From a virus: a DNA stretch of 44,405 nucleotides. The position numbers were made by a program, and so were the translations under genes. The notes beneath the pieces were generated by a model. It saw nothing but the letters and a program-made list of their open reading frames with translations. It made no database searches and was not told where the DNA came from. Location: IMG/VR virus record IMGVR_UViG_3300034069_000356, positions 1 through 44,405 of that record; one strand, 5' to 3'. This document shows positions 7,625 to 15,243 of the stretch, piece after piece. Each line of letters opens with the position of its first letter. Position 1 is the first letter of the stretch.

Positions 7625-7717
7625 GCCTCTGATATGGCACACACAAATAATTTGGTCAAGCATGTTGACAAGATAATTTAGAGGGCGCATACATGATTCA
7701 TCGAAACGGAGGCCACC
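7625..7717. promoter_or_regulatory. Divergent early control region with back-to-back -35-like boxes inside an imperfect palindrome
   Basis: AAATAATTTGGTCAA (7645-7659), gcatg, TTGACAAGATAATTT (7665-7679): 12 of 15 positions are symmetric. TTGACA-N17-CATACA faces right. TTGACC-N17-CATATC faces left and ends just before ATG 7624. GGAGG RBS for the ATG at 7718. Confidence 0.45.
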
Positions 7718-7999
7718 ATGTCCACCACCCGCGAACGACTAATCCGGCTCTACAGAGAATATCGTGAAGCCAAGGCCGAACGTTCAGTTTGCCCAGAATG
7801 TCGCGGTACTGGCATGGGCACCTACGGCTGCTGCATCGCCTGTGATGGCATTGGTAGCTGGCTTACCGAATGGGATGAAGATGCTTGCCGTGAGGCACAT
7901 GTCCAGCATCGCATCTCGATGAATGTCCGCGCTCGCGAAGATGCCATGGTAGACCGGGCAATCGCATCGCAGCCTCACGCATGGGAGTCCTACAAGTGA
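7718..7999 (+). CDS. DnaJ-type zinc-finger motif protein
   Basis: CPECRGTG...CIACDGIG, that is two CxxCxGxG motifs. GGAGG RBS. First gene of the rightward unit. Confidence 0.7.
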   Translation: MSTTRERLIRLYREYREAKAERSVCPECRGTGMGTYGCCIACDGIGSWLTEWDEDACREAHVQHRISMNVRAREDAMVDRAIASQPHAWESYK

Positions 8000-8256
8000 A
8001 ACTGGAACATCAGCTCGCAGCGTTGTGCGCGGATCACGACCTCGCCTCGCTTTCGCTCAACGCCTACCGCAACGATCTGGGCGAGGTGTTCTTCGGAGCA
8101 TACGCACAGGCCAATCACAACGGCACTCGGATCTGCGCTTCGGATCAGTCGCCACAGGATAATTCGCTGAGCGGTGTTCTCCGAGACGCGATCGTGCATC
8201 TGAACGACATGCGCGGCAAACCCGTGGAAAAGATCGAACTGGAGGCCGCACTGTGA
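7981..8256 (+). CDS. hypothetical protein
   Basis: ORF in the track. An alternative GTG start at 7996 has GGGAG 8 nt upstream and a GTGA overlap. Confidence 0.6.
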   Translation: MGVLQVKLEHQLAALCADHDLASLSLNAYRNDLGEVFFGAYAQANHNGTRICASDQSPQDNSLSGVLRDAIVHLNDMRGKPVEKIELEAAL

Positions 8257-8435
8257 TCCACAATCGCGACTATTGGACACATCCCAACCAGGCCGGCTCG
8301 CGCACTGCTGCCGACTATGGACACGCTCACAGCATTCAACCGCTACCCTTGGCAAGCGAGGGTGTGTCGATGCTGGGTTGGCTCGCAATGGGCCTTGTGC
8401 TGGCTGTCATTACTTTTGCTATGGTGTCGCTATGA
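8253..8435 (+). CDS. small protein with a C-terminal TM segment
   Basis: GTGA overlap at the start. TM segment: MLGWLAMGLVLAVITFAMVSL. Confidence 0.55.
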   Translation: MIHNRDYWTHPNQAGSRTAADYGHAHSIQPLPLASEGVSMLGWLAMGLVLAVITFAMVSL

Positions 8436-8749
8436 GCAATCTCCTGACCCGTCTGCTGTCGTCAATCCCTGATCGCAAATCAGGGCCATACGACAACGCT
8501 GACAAGAACCGCATCGCCTTTCTCGAAGGTCGCCAGGTTTCCACCATTGCAAAGCTGATGAAGCTGCGTGATAACGGTGAGCAGGCAAAGAAGCTGCTTT
8601 CAGACGTGATTGACTGGTGCGAGGTTGAGCGCAAGTTCAACGTATCAAGGGGTTATTACTACGCTGGTGATGAGTGGCGTAGGCGTGGCCTCCGAGCCAT
8701 CGATATTCGCAACGATCTGGTTGACGCGCTTGTGGAGTGCAGGCCATGA
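8432..8749 (+). CDS. hypothetical protein
   Basis: ORF 8273..8749 trimmed to ATG 8432 (ATGA overlap): MSNLLTRLLSSIPDRK... Confidence 0.6.
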   Translation: MSNLLTRLLSSIPDRKSGPYDNADKNRIAFLEGRQVSTIAKLMKLRDNGEQAKKLLSDVIDWCEVERKFNVSRGYYYAGDEWRRRGLRAIDIRNDLVDALVECRP

Positions 8750-8925
8750 CAAGAACCGACAATTTTAGCGGCTCACTTGCTATCATAATCGTGCTTCTCT
8801 GGACTGGAGACATGGCTGCTCAAGCAATCATCAGTCATCCGAATTGGGTAGGCGTTATTTATGCTTTAGCAGATCTATACGGAGGGTTTCTCATTGGATC
8901 TTCTGTGTGGAGAGATAGGCTATGA
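8746..8925 (+). CDS. small membrane protein
   Basis: ATGA overlap at 8746. Two hydrophobic segments. AT-richer than the flanks. Confidence 0.55.
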   Translation: MTRTDNFSGSLAIIIVLLWTGDMAAQAIISHPNWVGVIYALADLYGGFLIGSSVWRDRL

Positions 8926-9008
8926 AAGCTATCATCAACGCCGTGCTTAGAGGTTTCGGCTGGCGGCTGGGTTCCGACCTCGCCCGCGCCCTTGAGAGGA
9001 TAATCTGA
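8922..9008 (+). CDS. micro-ORF (28 aa)
   Basis: Translation: MKAIINAVLRGFGWRLGSDLARALERII. ATGA overlap at the start and TGATG overlap at the stop fill the gap exactly. Confidence 0.4.
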   Translation: MKAIINAVLRGFGWRLGSDLARALERII

Positions 9009-9451
9009 TGTCGGATCTCTTATCGCTCGCGGATCGGGTAGCTGGGCTATCTGAGGCTGATCGTGAGGTGGATGCCTTGATCGCGTGCTACATCGGGAAG
9101 CCGCTCGGGAATGTAGATCACTGGCTGCACGGCGCTGACATCACTTACCGGCCAACCGCCCATGGCTTTTACGTTGCTGTCATTCCTGAGGAAGGCAACC
9201 CGGATGGTCGAACGTCTGAAGCGTTCAAGTCGCCAGCCTACACCGCCTCGCTCGACGCCGCCTTATCGCTGGTGCCGGAAGGGTATTCGTTCCTCGTCGG
9301 ATCTGGTGACCAGCTTGGGCCGCCGTGGGCTTGGGTTGGCACCGACCCGGAACACGTAAAGGGCGAATCCGCAGCCACCCCCGCACTCGCCCTTTGCGCT
9401 GCTTCCCTCCGCGCTCGTTCCGCCTCCGTCTCGGGTGGGTCGGAAGGATGA
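9008..9451 (+). CDS. hypothetical protein (possibly phage ABA-sandwich-like)
   Basis: REVDALIACYIG... and PAYTASLDAALSLVPEGY resemble that family's pattern. This is a weak call. Confidence 0.65.
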   Translation: MSDLLSLADRVAGLSEADREVDALIACYIGKPLGNVDHWLHGADITYRPTAHGFYVAVIPEEGNPDGRTSEAFKSPAYTASLDAALSLVPEGYSFLVGSGDQLGPPWAWVGTDPEHVKGESAATPALALCAASLRARSASVSGGSEG

Positions 9452-10089
9452 TAGCCGCTCTGTATGTCGAGACCGATGGCGCTTACTACGGTCTGCCCGA
9501 TGTCGACCCGTGGGACGAAGCCCGGGACGCCCGCAAGTATCCCGGGCCGCATCCGGTCGTCGCGCATCCACCGTGCCCGCGCTGGGGGAAGATGTGGTTC
9601 GGCCAGCCGCTATGGGTAAAGCGCACCGGACAGCGGAAGAAGCTGGGTGATGACGACGGCTGTTTCGAAGCCGCGCTCAACACGGTTCGAACCTATGGCG
9701 GCGTGATCGAGCATCCTTGGGAGTCCAAGGCGTGGCCGTTCTTTGGCTTGAACATCCCGCCTCGCACGGGCGGATGGGTCAATGCCGATTTCTTGGGCGG
9801 ATGGACGTGCTGCGTCGAGCAGGGCCGGTATGGGCATTACGCCCGAAAGCCGACCATGTTGCTCGCCTACGGCTGCGATCTCCCGTCTCTCGAATGGGGG
9901 CACAGCGAGGCGCAGTTCGATCCCGCCGTTGTCGAGCGCATGGGGCTGCAGCGCGCGAAGAAGCTGGGCGAAGTCGGCGCCCGGGGTGGCGGAACGGACA
10001 GCAGCCCCCGGGTTCACACACCACTGGCTTTTCGAGATTTGCTGATCGGCATGGCCGAGTCCGCGCATGGATGGAGAATGGCAGCATGA
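9448..10089 (+). CDS. C5-cytosine DNA methyltransferase-like protein with a degenerate motif I
   Basis: ORF 9325..10089 trimmed to ATG 9448 (GGAAGG RBS, ATGA overlap). AHPPCPRW resembles motif IV (GPPCQ). VIEHPW resembles motif VI (ENV). RYGHYARKPTMLL resembles motif VIII. TPLAFRDLLIGM resembles motif X. The N-terminus AALYVETDGAYYGL lacks FxGxG. Confidence 0.55.
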   Translation: MIAALYVETDGAYYGLPDVDPWDEARDARKYPGPHPVVAHPPCPRWGKMWFGQPLWVKRTGQRKKLGDDDGCFEAALNTVRTYGGVIEHPWESKAWPFFGLNIPPRTGGWVNADFLGGWTCCVEQGRYGHYARKPTMLLAYGCDLPSLEWGHSEAQFDPAVVERMGLQRAKKLGEVGARGGGTDSSPRVHTPLAFRDLLIGMAESAHGWRMAA

Positions 10090-10505
10090 CCCAATCCCCC
10101 GACCTCAGAAATCTGCTGGTGAAAGCTACCGACGAGGATTTGACCGATGGTGGCCGGTATTTCGACGAGACGTACACGGATCTGACACGCTGCCGGCATG
10201 AGGAAATCGGCGAGTATCAGAACCGGCATGACGGCTTGTTGATTGAGTGGCTTTGGAACCATCGCCACCAGATCGCCGATCAAGGGGAACAGCTCGAAGC
10301 CCTCCAGAAAGAGCGCGACGAAGCGCGGGAGGCTTTGGCGTCGTGCCGTAATTTTCTTCGCACGGCGCCTCTTGAGTCTGGCGTTTGCTGTTGCGGATCG
10401 CCTGTTGATTCTCATGGGATCGGTGACGGTCATAGCCCGGTTGATGAGCTTACTTATCATGCAAACGGTCTGCTTGAACAAGTAGAAGCCGCCCTAAGGA
10501 TATGA
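10086..10505 (+). CDS. hypothetical protein
   Basis: ORF 9717..10505 trimmed to ATG 10086 (ATGA overlap). Coiled segment QLEALQKERDEAREAL. Confidence 0.6.
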   Translation: MTQSPDLRNLLVKATDEDLTDGGRYFDETYTDLTRCRHEEIGEYQNRHDGLLIEWLWNHRHQIADQGEQLEALQKERDEAREALASCRNFLRTAPLESGVCCCGSPVDSHGIGDGHSPVDELTYHANGLLEQVEAALRI

Positions 10506-10509
10506 AGAA

Positions 10510-10704
10510 ATGACTTATCCCAAAATCAAGCCGTGCCCCAAGTGTATCGATGGCGGCGCCCCATCTAGAATTGAATACGAATACGGCTGGAAGCATGTTG
10601 AATGCTTCAACTGCGATCTGCTCGGGCCGGGCGAAGGGCGCTACGTTGACGCCATCCGCTCTTGGAACGCCCGCGCCACCCTAAAGGAGCAGTCCGATGT
10701 CTGA
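10510..10704 (+). CDS. lar: Lar-family restriction alleviation protein
   Basis: KPCPKC......VECFNCDLLGP......AIRSWNAR matches the Lar pattern (CPFCG...C..C...eAi.aWNrR). Confidence 0.75.
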   Translation: MTYPKIKPCPKCIDGGAPSRIEYEYGWKHVECFNCDLLGPGEGRYVDAIRSWNARATLKEQSDV

Positions 10705-10900
10705 GCGAAATCCGTTTGCAGGTCTTGGCTTAGGTGTTGCCGCTGCTGCCCTTCTTGGGATGCACGGGGATTACACACCGCCGGAAACCTACGCCCGCCA
10801 CTTCCGGAAAGCCGATGTCAGAAAAGCGCAGGGCGTTCCAACCAAAAAGCGCGCCAAGGTGAAGGCAGCGCGCAAGGCCGCGAAGAGGAACCGCAAATGA
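10697..10900 (+). CDS. small protein with an N-terminal TM segment and a basic tail
   Basis: AAGGAG RBS. LGLGVAAAALLG followed by KKRAKVKAARKAAKRNRK. Confidence 0.6.
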   Translation: MSERNPFAGLGLGVAAAALLGMHGDYTPPETYARHFRKADVRKAQGVPTKKRAKVKAARKAAKRNRK

Positions 10901-11538
10901 CCCCGATGAGTGAGAATGATACGCCCGTCGTCACGGGGGCGGCGCGAACCGAGTCCGTGCTTCTCCAAGCGGCAAACAATATCTCGGGTATGCTGGACGA
11001 TGGCGTTTCGAAGCACCGGGACAAGCTCATAGACTTGGCTGACGCTTTGCGCGCGGAGGCTGACACCCTCCACATCCTCGCCCGCCAAGCGCCATCGCAG
11101 GCCACGGGGGCGGGGGAAGACACGCCCGATGTGATCGAACTTCCGATCGATGAAAATGCTCGCGAGTGGATCCAGAAGGCGGCTGAGTTTCTGGATGCCG
11201 CTGCCGGCGAGGGCTTGGAAATCGAGGACGGCGGCGACGCGATGGAAATCGTGCTCGGGTTGCACAGTCTGCTATCAGAAGATCCTAACCACTGCTTCCA
11301 CGAAGACGTGGCGCGTTGGTTGAGTGGCAAGATCCGTCCCACCGCCCCCGAAGCACCACAAGCGCCATCGGGTGATTTTGCGAGGGGGGTGGAGGCTGCT
11401 GCGAAGGTGGCGGATGCGCATTCTAGCATGTATGGCTGGGGCGGGGTATTTCGGAACAACAGCTATCTGATAGCCGCCAAAGCAATCGCCCAAGCCATTC
11501 GCGCCCTCGCTGCCACGCCACAAGGGGACGGACAATGA
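10897..11538 (+). CDS. hypothetical protein
   Basis: ATGA overlap. 213 aa with no motif I recognise. Confidence 0.7.
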   Translation: MTPMSENDTPVVTGAARTESVLLQAANNISGMLDDGVSKHRDKLIDLADALRAEADTLHILARQAPSQATGAGEDTPDVIELPIDENAREWIQKAAEFLDAAAGEGLEIEDGGDAMEIVLGLHSLLSEDPNHCFHEDVARWLSGKIRPTAPEAPQAPSGDFARGVEAAAKVADAHSSMYGWGGVFRNNSYLIAAKAIAQAIRALAATPQGDGQ

Positions 11539-11732
11539 GCGACTATCGGCGAAATCTTGCTTGGAGGGCGGGGCATAAGGCCGCGCTGGCTAATAAAACA
11601 CTGGCCGCAAATAACCGACAGGAAGGTACGATCTTTTACGACGATTGGTGCGACGGGCATAACGACGCCCTAAACGCCCTCGCCGTCACGCCAACGCCTT
11701 CCTCGCCACAGGGGGAGGGGGAAGATGCATGA
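11535..11732 (+). CDS. hypothetical protein
   Basis: ATGA overlap. 65 aa. Confidence 0.6.
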   Translation: MSDYRRNLAWRAGHKAALANKTLAANNRQEGTIFYDDWCDGHNDALNALAVTPTPSSPQGEGEDA

Positions 11733-12222
11733 GATACCACTTACCCAAGGCTTATTCGCCTTAGTAGATGATGCTGATTTTGAGCGCGTTTCTCAGCATA
11801 GGTGGCACGCTGTCCGCCATAAGCATACATTTTACGCGTCGGCAATAGCAAACAATAGAAGTATCTATCTACATAGATTCATTTGCGACGATATCGAGAA
11901 GCCGTTTGTGGTTGACCACAAAAACCGAAACGGTCTTGATAATAGACGATGCAATTTACGAAAAGCGACACAATCTCAGAATATGGCTAACTCCCCCAGA
12001 GCCTTTGGCAAATACGGCTATCGTGGCATATCATCCGATAAGGCACGGGGAAGATACAAAGCAATCTGCGGTGATCGGTTATGCGGAACCATCTCAAGGG
12101 GGAAATGGAGGAATACAGTTGAGGAGGCCGCGCATGATTACGACAGCTTAGCTGTTAGCAAATATGGTGAATTTGCTATTCTAAATTTTCCTGACCGAGA
12201 ATCCGGAGGGCTTTCCGCATGA
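11725..12222 (+). CDS. HNH endonuclease with an AP2-like DNA-binding domain
   Basis: LHRFI.....VVDHKNRNGLDNRRCNLR is an HNH_3 core, followed by YRGIS....GRYKA...........EEAAHDYD...YGEFA.LNF (AP2-like). Strong GGGGAGGGGGAAG RBS. AT-rich island. Confidence 0.85.
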   Translation: MHEIPLTQGLFALVDDADFERVSQHRWHAVRHKHTFYASAIANNRSIYLHRFICDDIEKPFVVDHKNRNGLDNRRCNLRKATQSQNMANSPRAFGKYGYRGISSDKARGRYKAICGDRLCGTISRGKWRNTVEEAAHDYDSLAVSKYGEFAILNFPDRESGGLSA

Positions 12223-12701
12223 CCAATACCCCCACCACGCCTTCCGATCCGGACGGGGCTGCGACGCAGCGGGCGAGCGAGCTTGAGCTTGGCTGGATCG
12301 ATATTTGTCGGACCAAGGGCGCAACCGTCATCGTCGATTATTCAGCCGAATGGTCCGAGTTTCTGGACGCAAGCGAGTTGCATTTCGAAGACGTATTCAG
12401 CCGCGACGTGCCGGACCTCACGCCGGGCCTTTACCGCTGGTCTGGCTTCATGCCCGGCTGTTGGGACGAAGGCGATCTTATTTCGCTCAAGGGCGGCACC
12501 TTCACCTGCCGCCTCTCCGATCAAACCACGCTACCGGCCGCCCTCCGCTCGCTCCCGTCTCCCGGTGATGAGATACAGAAGTTGCGTCGGGCGCTTCAAG
12601 ACATCGCCGAAGCCGAGCCGATCCCGAATGACGCCGTTGCTTTTGTATGGTGCAGGAAGGTGGCTCTCGCTGCCCTCTCGGACGGGGAGGTGAAGGCGTG
12701 A
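12219..12701 (+). CDS. hypothetical protein
   Basis: ATGA overlap. 160 aa. Confidence 0.65.
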   Translation: MTNTPTTPSDPDGAATQRASELELGWIDICRTKGATVIVDYSAEWSEFLDASELHFEDVFSRDVPDLTPGLYRWSGFMPGCWDEGDLISLKGGTFTCRLSDQTTLPAALRSLPSPGDEIQKLRRALQDIAEAEPIPNDAVAFVWCRKVALAALSDGEVKA

Positions 12702-12886
12702 GCGAGCGTAGTAGTAGCGCGACCAGAGGCTACATAGCCCTGTTCCTGATCGTTCTGGTATTCGTACTAGGGCTTTCCGCCGGCATCCTGTCGGATACGG
12801 GCTGGCATGAAACGTCTGCGGCGTGCGGTCTACTGGCGCTTCTAAGCCTGGTCATGGTCAGTGGGCTAGCGGAGGACAAGGAATGA
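12698..12886 (+). CDS. small membrane protein
   Basis: GTG 12698 (GTGA overlap). Two TM segments: YIALFLIVLVFVLGLSAGIL and CGLLALLSLVMVSGL. Confidence 0.55.
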   Translation: MSERSSSATRGYIALFLIVLVFVLGLSAGILSDTGWHETSAACGLLALLSLVMVSGLAEDKE

Positions 12887-12972
12887 GCGACATCTGTTTA
12901 GTGGCGATCATCCTTGGCGGTTTCGCGCTGGGCGGCTGGATGTTCTACGTAGAAAAGAGGTGGGGGAAATGA
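12883..12972 (+). CDS. micro-ORF, TM peptide (29 aa)
   Basis: Translation: MSDICLVAIILGGFALGGWMFYVEKRWGK. ATGA overlaps at both ends. Confidence 0.45.
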   Translation: MSDICLVAIILGGFALGGWMFYVEKRWGK

Positions 12973-13289
12973 CCCACGAAGCTGAAAGCATGATCGAACG
13001 GGTCGCGCGGGCCATGGCCAAGGCTGACGGTCTCGACCCCGATTATTGCGTGATGGGTGAAGGTGGCATCAGCACGGCCGGCGTCTCGTTTTCGCGCTGC
13101 TACATGGTTCGCTGGCAGAATTATGCCGCGAAGGCCCGTGCGGCGATTGAGGCTATGCGCGAGCCTACGGAGGCCATGGAACATGCTGGCTTCGAGGCGT
13201 ACCTCGATGCAGAGGCTCCGCATGAAGCTGGCCCAGTCTACCAAGCCATGATCGACGCCGCCCTCGCGACGGAAGGGGGTGGGGAGTGA
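12969..13289 (+). CDS. hypothetical protein, paralog of 41127..41438
   Basis: ORF trimmed to ATG 12969. Shares MIERVARAMA..., AAIEAMREPTEAM..AG and YQAMIDAAL with the - strand ORF at 41127..41438. Confidence 0.65.
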   Translation: MTHEAESMIERVARAMAKADGLDPDYCVMGEGGISTAGVSFSRCYMVRWQNYAAKARAAIEAMREPTEAMEHAGFEAYLDAEAPHEAGPVYQAMIDAALATEGGGE

Positions 13290-13684
13290 GTACGTGGTGG
13301 CTTCCTTTGGCTCCCGGTATGGTTTGGTGCTGCGTTGTACCTTTCTATGCGAGCAGCAGAGCCCGCGCATTTGTCTGCGCCCCGTTTCAAATTAGATCGC
13401 AATCAGCAGCCATCGGAAAGCTGGTGGTTGAACTTCTCGACCAGCCTGGCTGGCAAGATTATCCGCTTAAGCACTCGACGGGTGTCACCGTGGATTACGA
13501 CGGTAATGTAATGCTGCCAAACAGCGTCAAAGCAAATTTGAACACTTATTGGCGCAGCAAGGTACGGCAAGCGCGTAGACGGCATGAGGCCCGCAAAGCC
13601 GACAGCCGGCGCCAAGAGGCAGAATCGCAGCTAGGCGAAAACATCATTCAATTCGCCGAGAAGGTGAGGGCTATAAGACCATGA
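13286..13684 (+). CDS. hypothetical protein, last gene of the rightward unit
   Basis: GTGA overlap at the start. Basic C-terminal half. Confidence 0.55.
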   Translation: MSTWWLPLAPGMVWCCVVPFYASSRARAFVCAPFQIRSQSAAIGKLVVELLDQPGWQDYPLKHSTGVTVDYDGNVMLPNSVKANLNTYWRSKVRQARRRHEARKADSRRQEAESQLGENIIQFAEKVRAIRP

Positions 13685-13696
13685 CGCTTAGCGCGT

Positions 13697-13780
13697 CTAC
13701 CACCTAAGCCAGCAGACCAACCCCACTATCAAGATAGGACCGATAAGGCATAGGAGCAGCCAGAAGGCGTCCTTGGTCAT
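13697..13780 (-). CDS. micro-ORF, TM peptide (27 aa), last ORF of the late unit
   Basis: Translation: MTKDAFWLLLCLIGPILIVGLVCWLRW. ATGA overlap with the stop of 13777..14040. Confidence 0.4.
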   Translation of the reverse strand: MTKDAFWLLLCLIGPILIVGLVCWLRW

Positions 13781-14040
13781 CCCCATAGCGGGGTAGGAGC
13801 TGCACTGTTGTCTAGCTCAGGTTTGTCATAGCGCACGCCTCTAATCCAGACGTGGCTATGATCCCATGATATGGTTTCGCCGTTGTCAGGCTTCACCGCG
13901 TCGGGTTCGGCCCATACCTCTGTTCCGGGGTACGTGACACCAGCAGATGCCCACGGCGCGTCAGTAGTGATGCACAGCCTCCGATGGTTGGATTTCGGAT
14001 GCTGCACAACGTCTGCTGAAACGACGTGGGCTGTCTGCAT
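13777..14040 (-). CDS. hypothetical protein
   Basis: TAATG overlap at the start. 87 aa. Confidence 0.6.
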   Translation of the reverse strand: MQTAHVVSADVVQHPKSNHRRLCITTDAPWASAGVTYPGTEVWAEPDAVKPDNGETISWDHSHVWIRGVRYDKPELDNSAAPTPLWG

Positions 14041-14456
14041 TAGATCCCCAGCTTCTTCGCTACAGCAGCAACATCGGCAACCGCTGTCGCGATTGAGGTG
14101 GAGTTCTTGAGGTTGAACACCTCCTGGGTAAATGTGGTGGCGAGCGAAGTGACGTCTGCCAACTCCTTCGTGACGCCGCCCGAAGCATACCAGGTGACGA
14201 GGCCGGTACCGACATCAGCAGCAGCAGTCACAAGGCGCTGAGTGATCGGCACGCCAGACGCCGTTGCGTCAGCGATAGCCTTCTCAGCCAACGCGACCAA
14301 GGAATCATCCTTGAGCAGCGTTGCGATTGCTGCCTGCGTCTGCGTGAACATGGCACCTTCAGCGCCGGAAATACCGACAGCCTCAAGGGCGGGCTTTACA
14401 GCAGCCCATTCGCTGTCCGAGTAGTGGCGGAAATGACCGAGACCTAGAAACGACAT
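14040..14456 (-). CDS. hypothetical Ala/Thr-rich protein
   Basis: TGATG overlap at the start. 138 aa. Confidence 0.65.
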   Translation of the reverse strand: MSFLGLGHFRHYSDSEWAAVKPALEAVGISGAEGAMFTQTQAAIATLLKDDSLVALAEKAIADATASGVPITQRLVTAAADVGTGLVTWYASGGVTKELADVTSLATTFTQEVFNLKNSTSIATAVADVAAVAKKLGI

Positions 14457-14800
14457 CAGATATTCTCCTGTGTTGGTGCCACGGGCACCGGGTTATCAGC
14501 GGGTTGCTGGATGACGACGGGCTGGACAGGGGGAATGGCTGGCGGGGTAGAAGCTGCTGCCGTCTCCGCATTGGTCTTCAGCGCAGAAGCCATGTCGTTT
14601 TGAGCCTGCGACGTGCGGAACAATGCAAGGGCGGCGGCACCGAATGCCGTACCCAAGATCGTCATTGCACTATCAGAAACCTTGTATGCAGGGTCAGGCA
14701 GCGGCGGGGCAAAATGGCTCATGCCGATTGTCACCAGCGCGAGTAGGAGGATGCCTCCGAGCAGGGCTAGGAATGCCCACAGTTTGTCCCTGTCCGTCAT
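14456..14800 (-). CDS. membrane protein downstream of the lysozyme (possible spanin or lysis accessory)
   Basis: Two TM segments (LWAFLALLGGILLLALVTIGM and AMTILGTAFGAAALALF), then a Pro-rich tail. Occupies the Rz position of P22-type lysis cassettes. Confidence 0.6.
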   Translation of the reverse strand: MTDRDKLWAFLALLGGILLLALVTIGMSHFAPPLPDPAYKVSDSAMTILGTAFGAAALALFRTSQAQNDMASALKTNAETAAASTPPAIPPVQPVVIQQPADNPVPVAPTQENI

Positions 14801-15243
14801 GGCCTAGCTCCATACAAATCCGCTTCGGCAGCACGTCGCCGCGTCAGGCCAGTCATCACCTTGCCAGCAGCCTTGTTCCAATATCTAAATTGCTTTTGCG
14901 CCCCGGCATAATCACCAGCCTTGTGCAGCTTCAGCAGGGTGGACCGGCCGAGTGCGCCTAGGCCAAGATTGAAGGCAAACGATACCAGCGCGTCAAACTG
15001 GCTCTGCGATGTAGGATGGCCATCGATCAGGGAGGTTACGCCTACGCCTGTGCGGGTAAGATCCTTCACAAGAGCCGAAACAGCCTGGTCTTTGGTCCAT
15101 ACAGTGCTAGGATGCACGTCGGGACCGGTGTGGCCAATTCCCACGGTCCAAGGATCGCTGCCCGACGCCGGGTCAGGGTACGCCTTGAGCACGCAGCCTT
15201 CAAAGCTGGTCACAAGCGTCTGACAGGCGAAAGAGGGCGTCAC
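14797..15243 (-). CDS. GH24 phage lysozyme (P22 gp19 / lambda R-like endolysin)
   Basis: FEGCVLKAYPD....WTVGIGHTG, QFDALVSFAFNLG and GLTRRRAAEADL parallel P22 gp19 (EEGERLKAYSD..PTIGVGHTG, QYDALCSLIFNIG, PRRRRERALF). Confidence 0.9.
   Translation of the reverse strand: MTPSFACQTLVTSFEGCVLKAYPDPASGSDPWTVGIGHTGPDVHPSTVWTKDQAVSALVKDLTRTGVGVTSLIDGHPTSQSQFDALVSFAFNLGLGALGRSTLLKLHKAGDYAGAQKQFRYWNKAAGKVMTGLTRRRAAEADLYGARP

Noticed and set aside
7625-7690. Longer Cro-like ORF starting at 7690 or 7663
   Set aside because: Neither ATG has an RBS. Using them would bury the palindrome and -35 boxes in coding sequence. The alternative is retained in the feature note.
9325-9447. N-terminal extension of the MTase-like ORF (start at 9325)
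   Set aside because: The extension overlaps the preceding gene by more than 120 nt and is Arg/Pro-rich. ATG 9448 has an RBS and an ATGA junction.
9610-11459. Long - strand ORFs (9610..10068, 9779..10177, 10014..10481, 10789..11265, 10818..11459)
   Set aside because: These are shadow ORFs antisense to a continuous chain of translationally coupled + strand genes. They have Arg/Ser/Pro-rich composition and no RBS.
13683-13697. Bidirectional terminator at the convergence point of the two transcription units
   Set aside because: There is only a 5-bp stem (GACGC-ttagc-GCGTC) with no U-tract on either strand. That is too weak to call.
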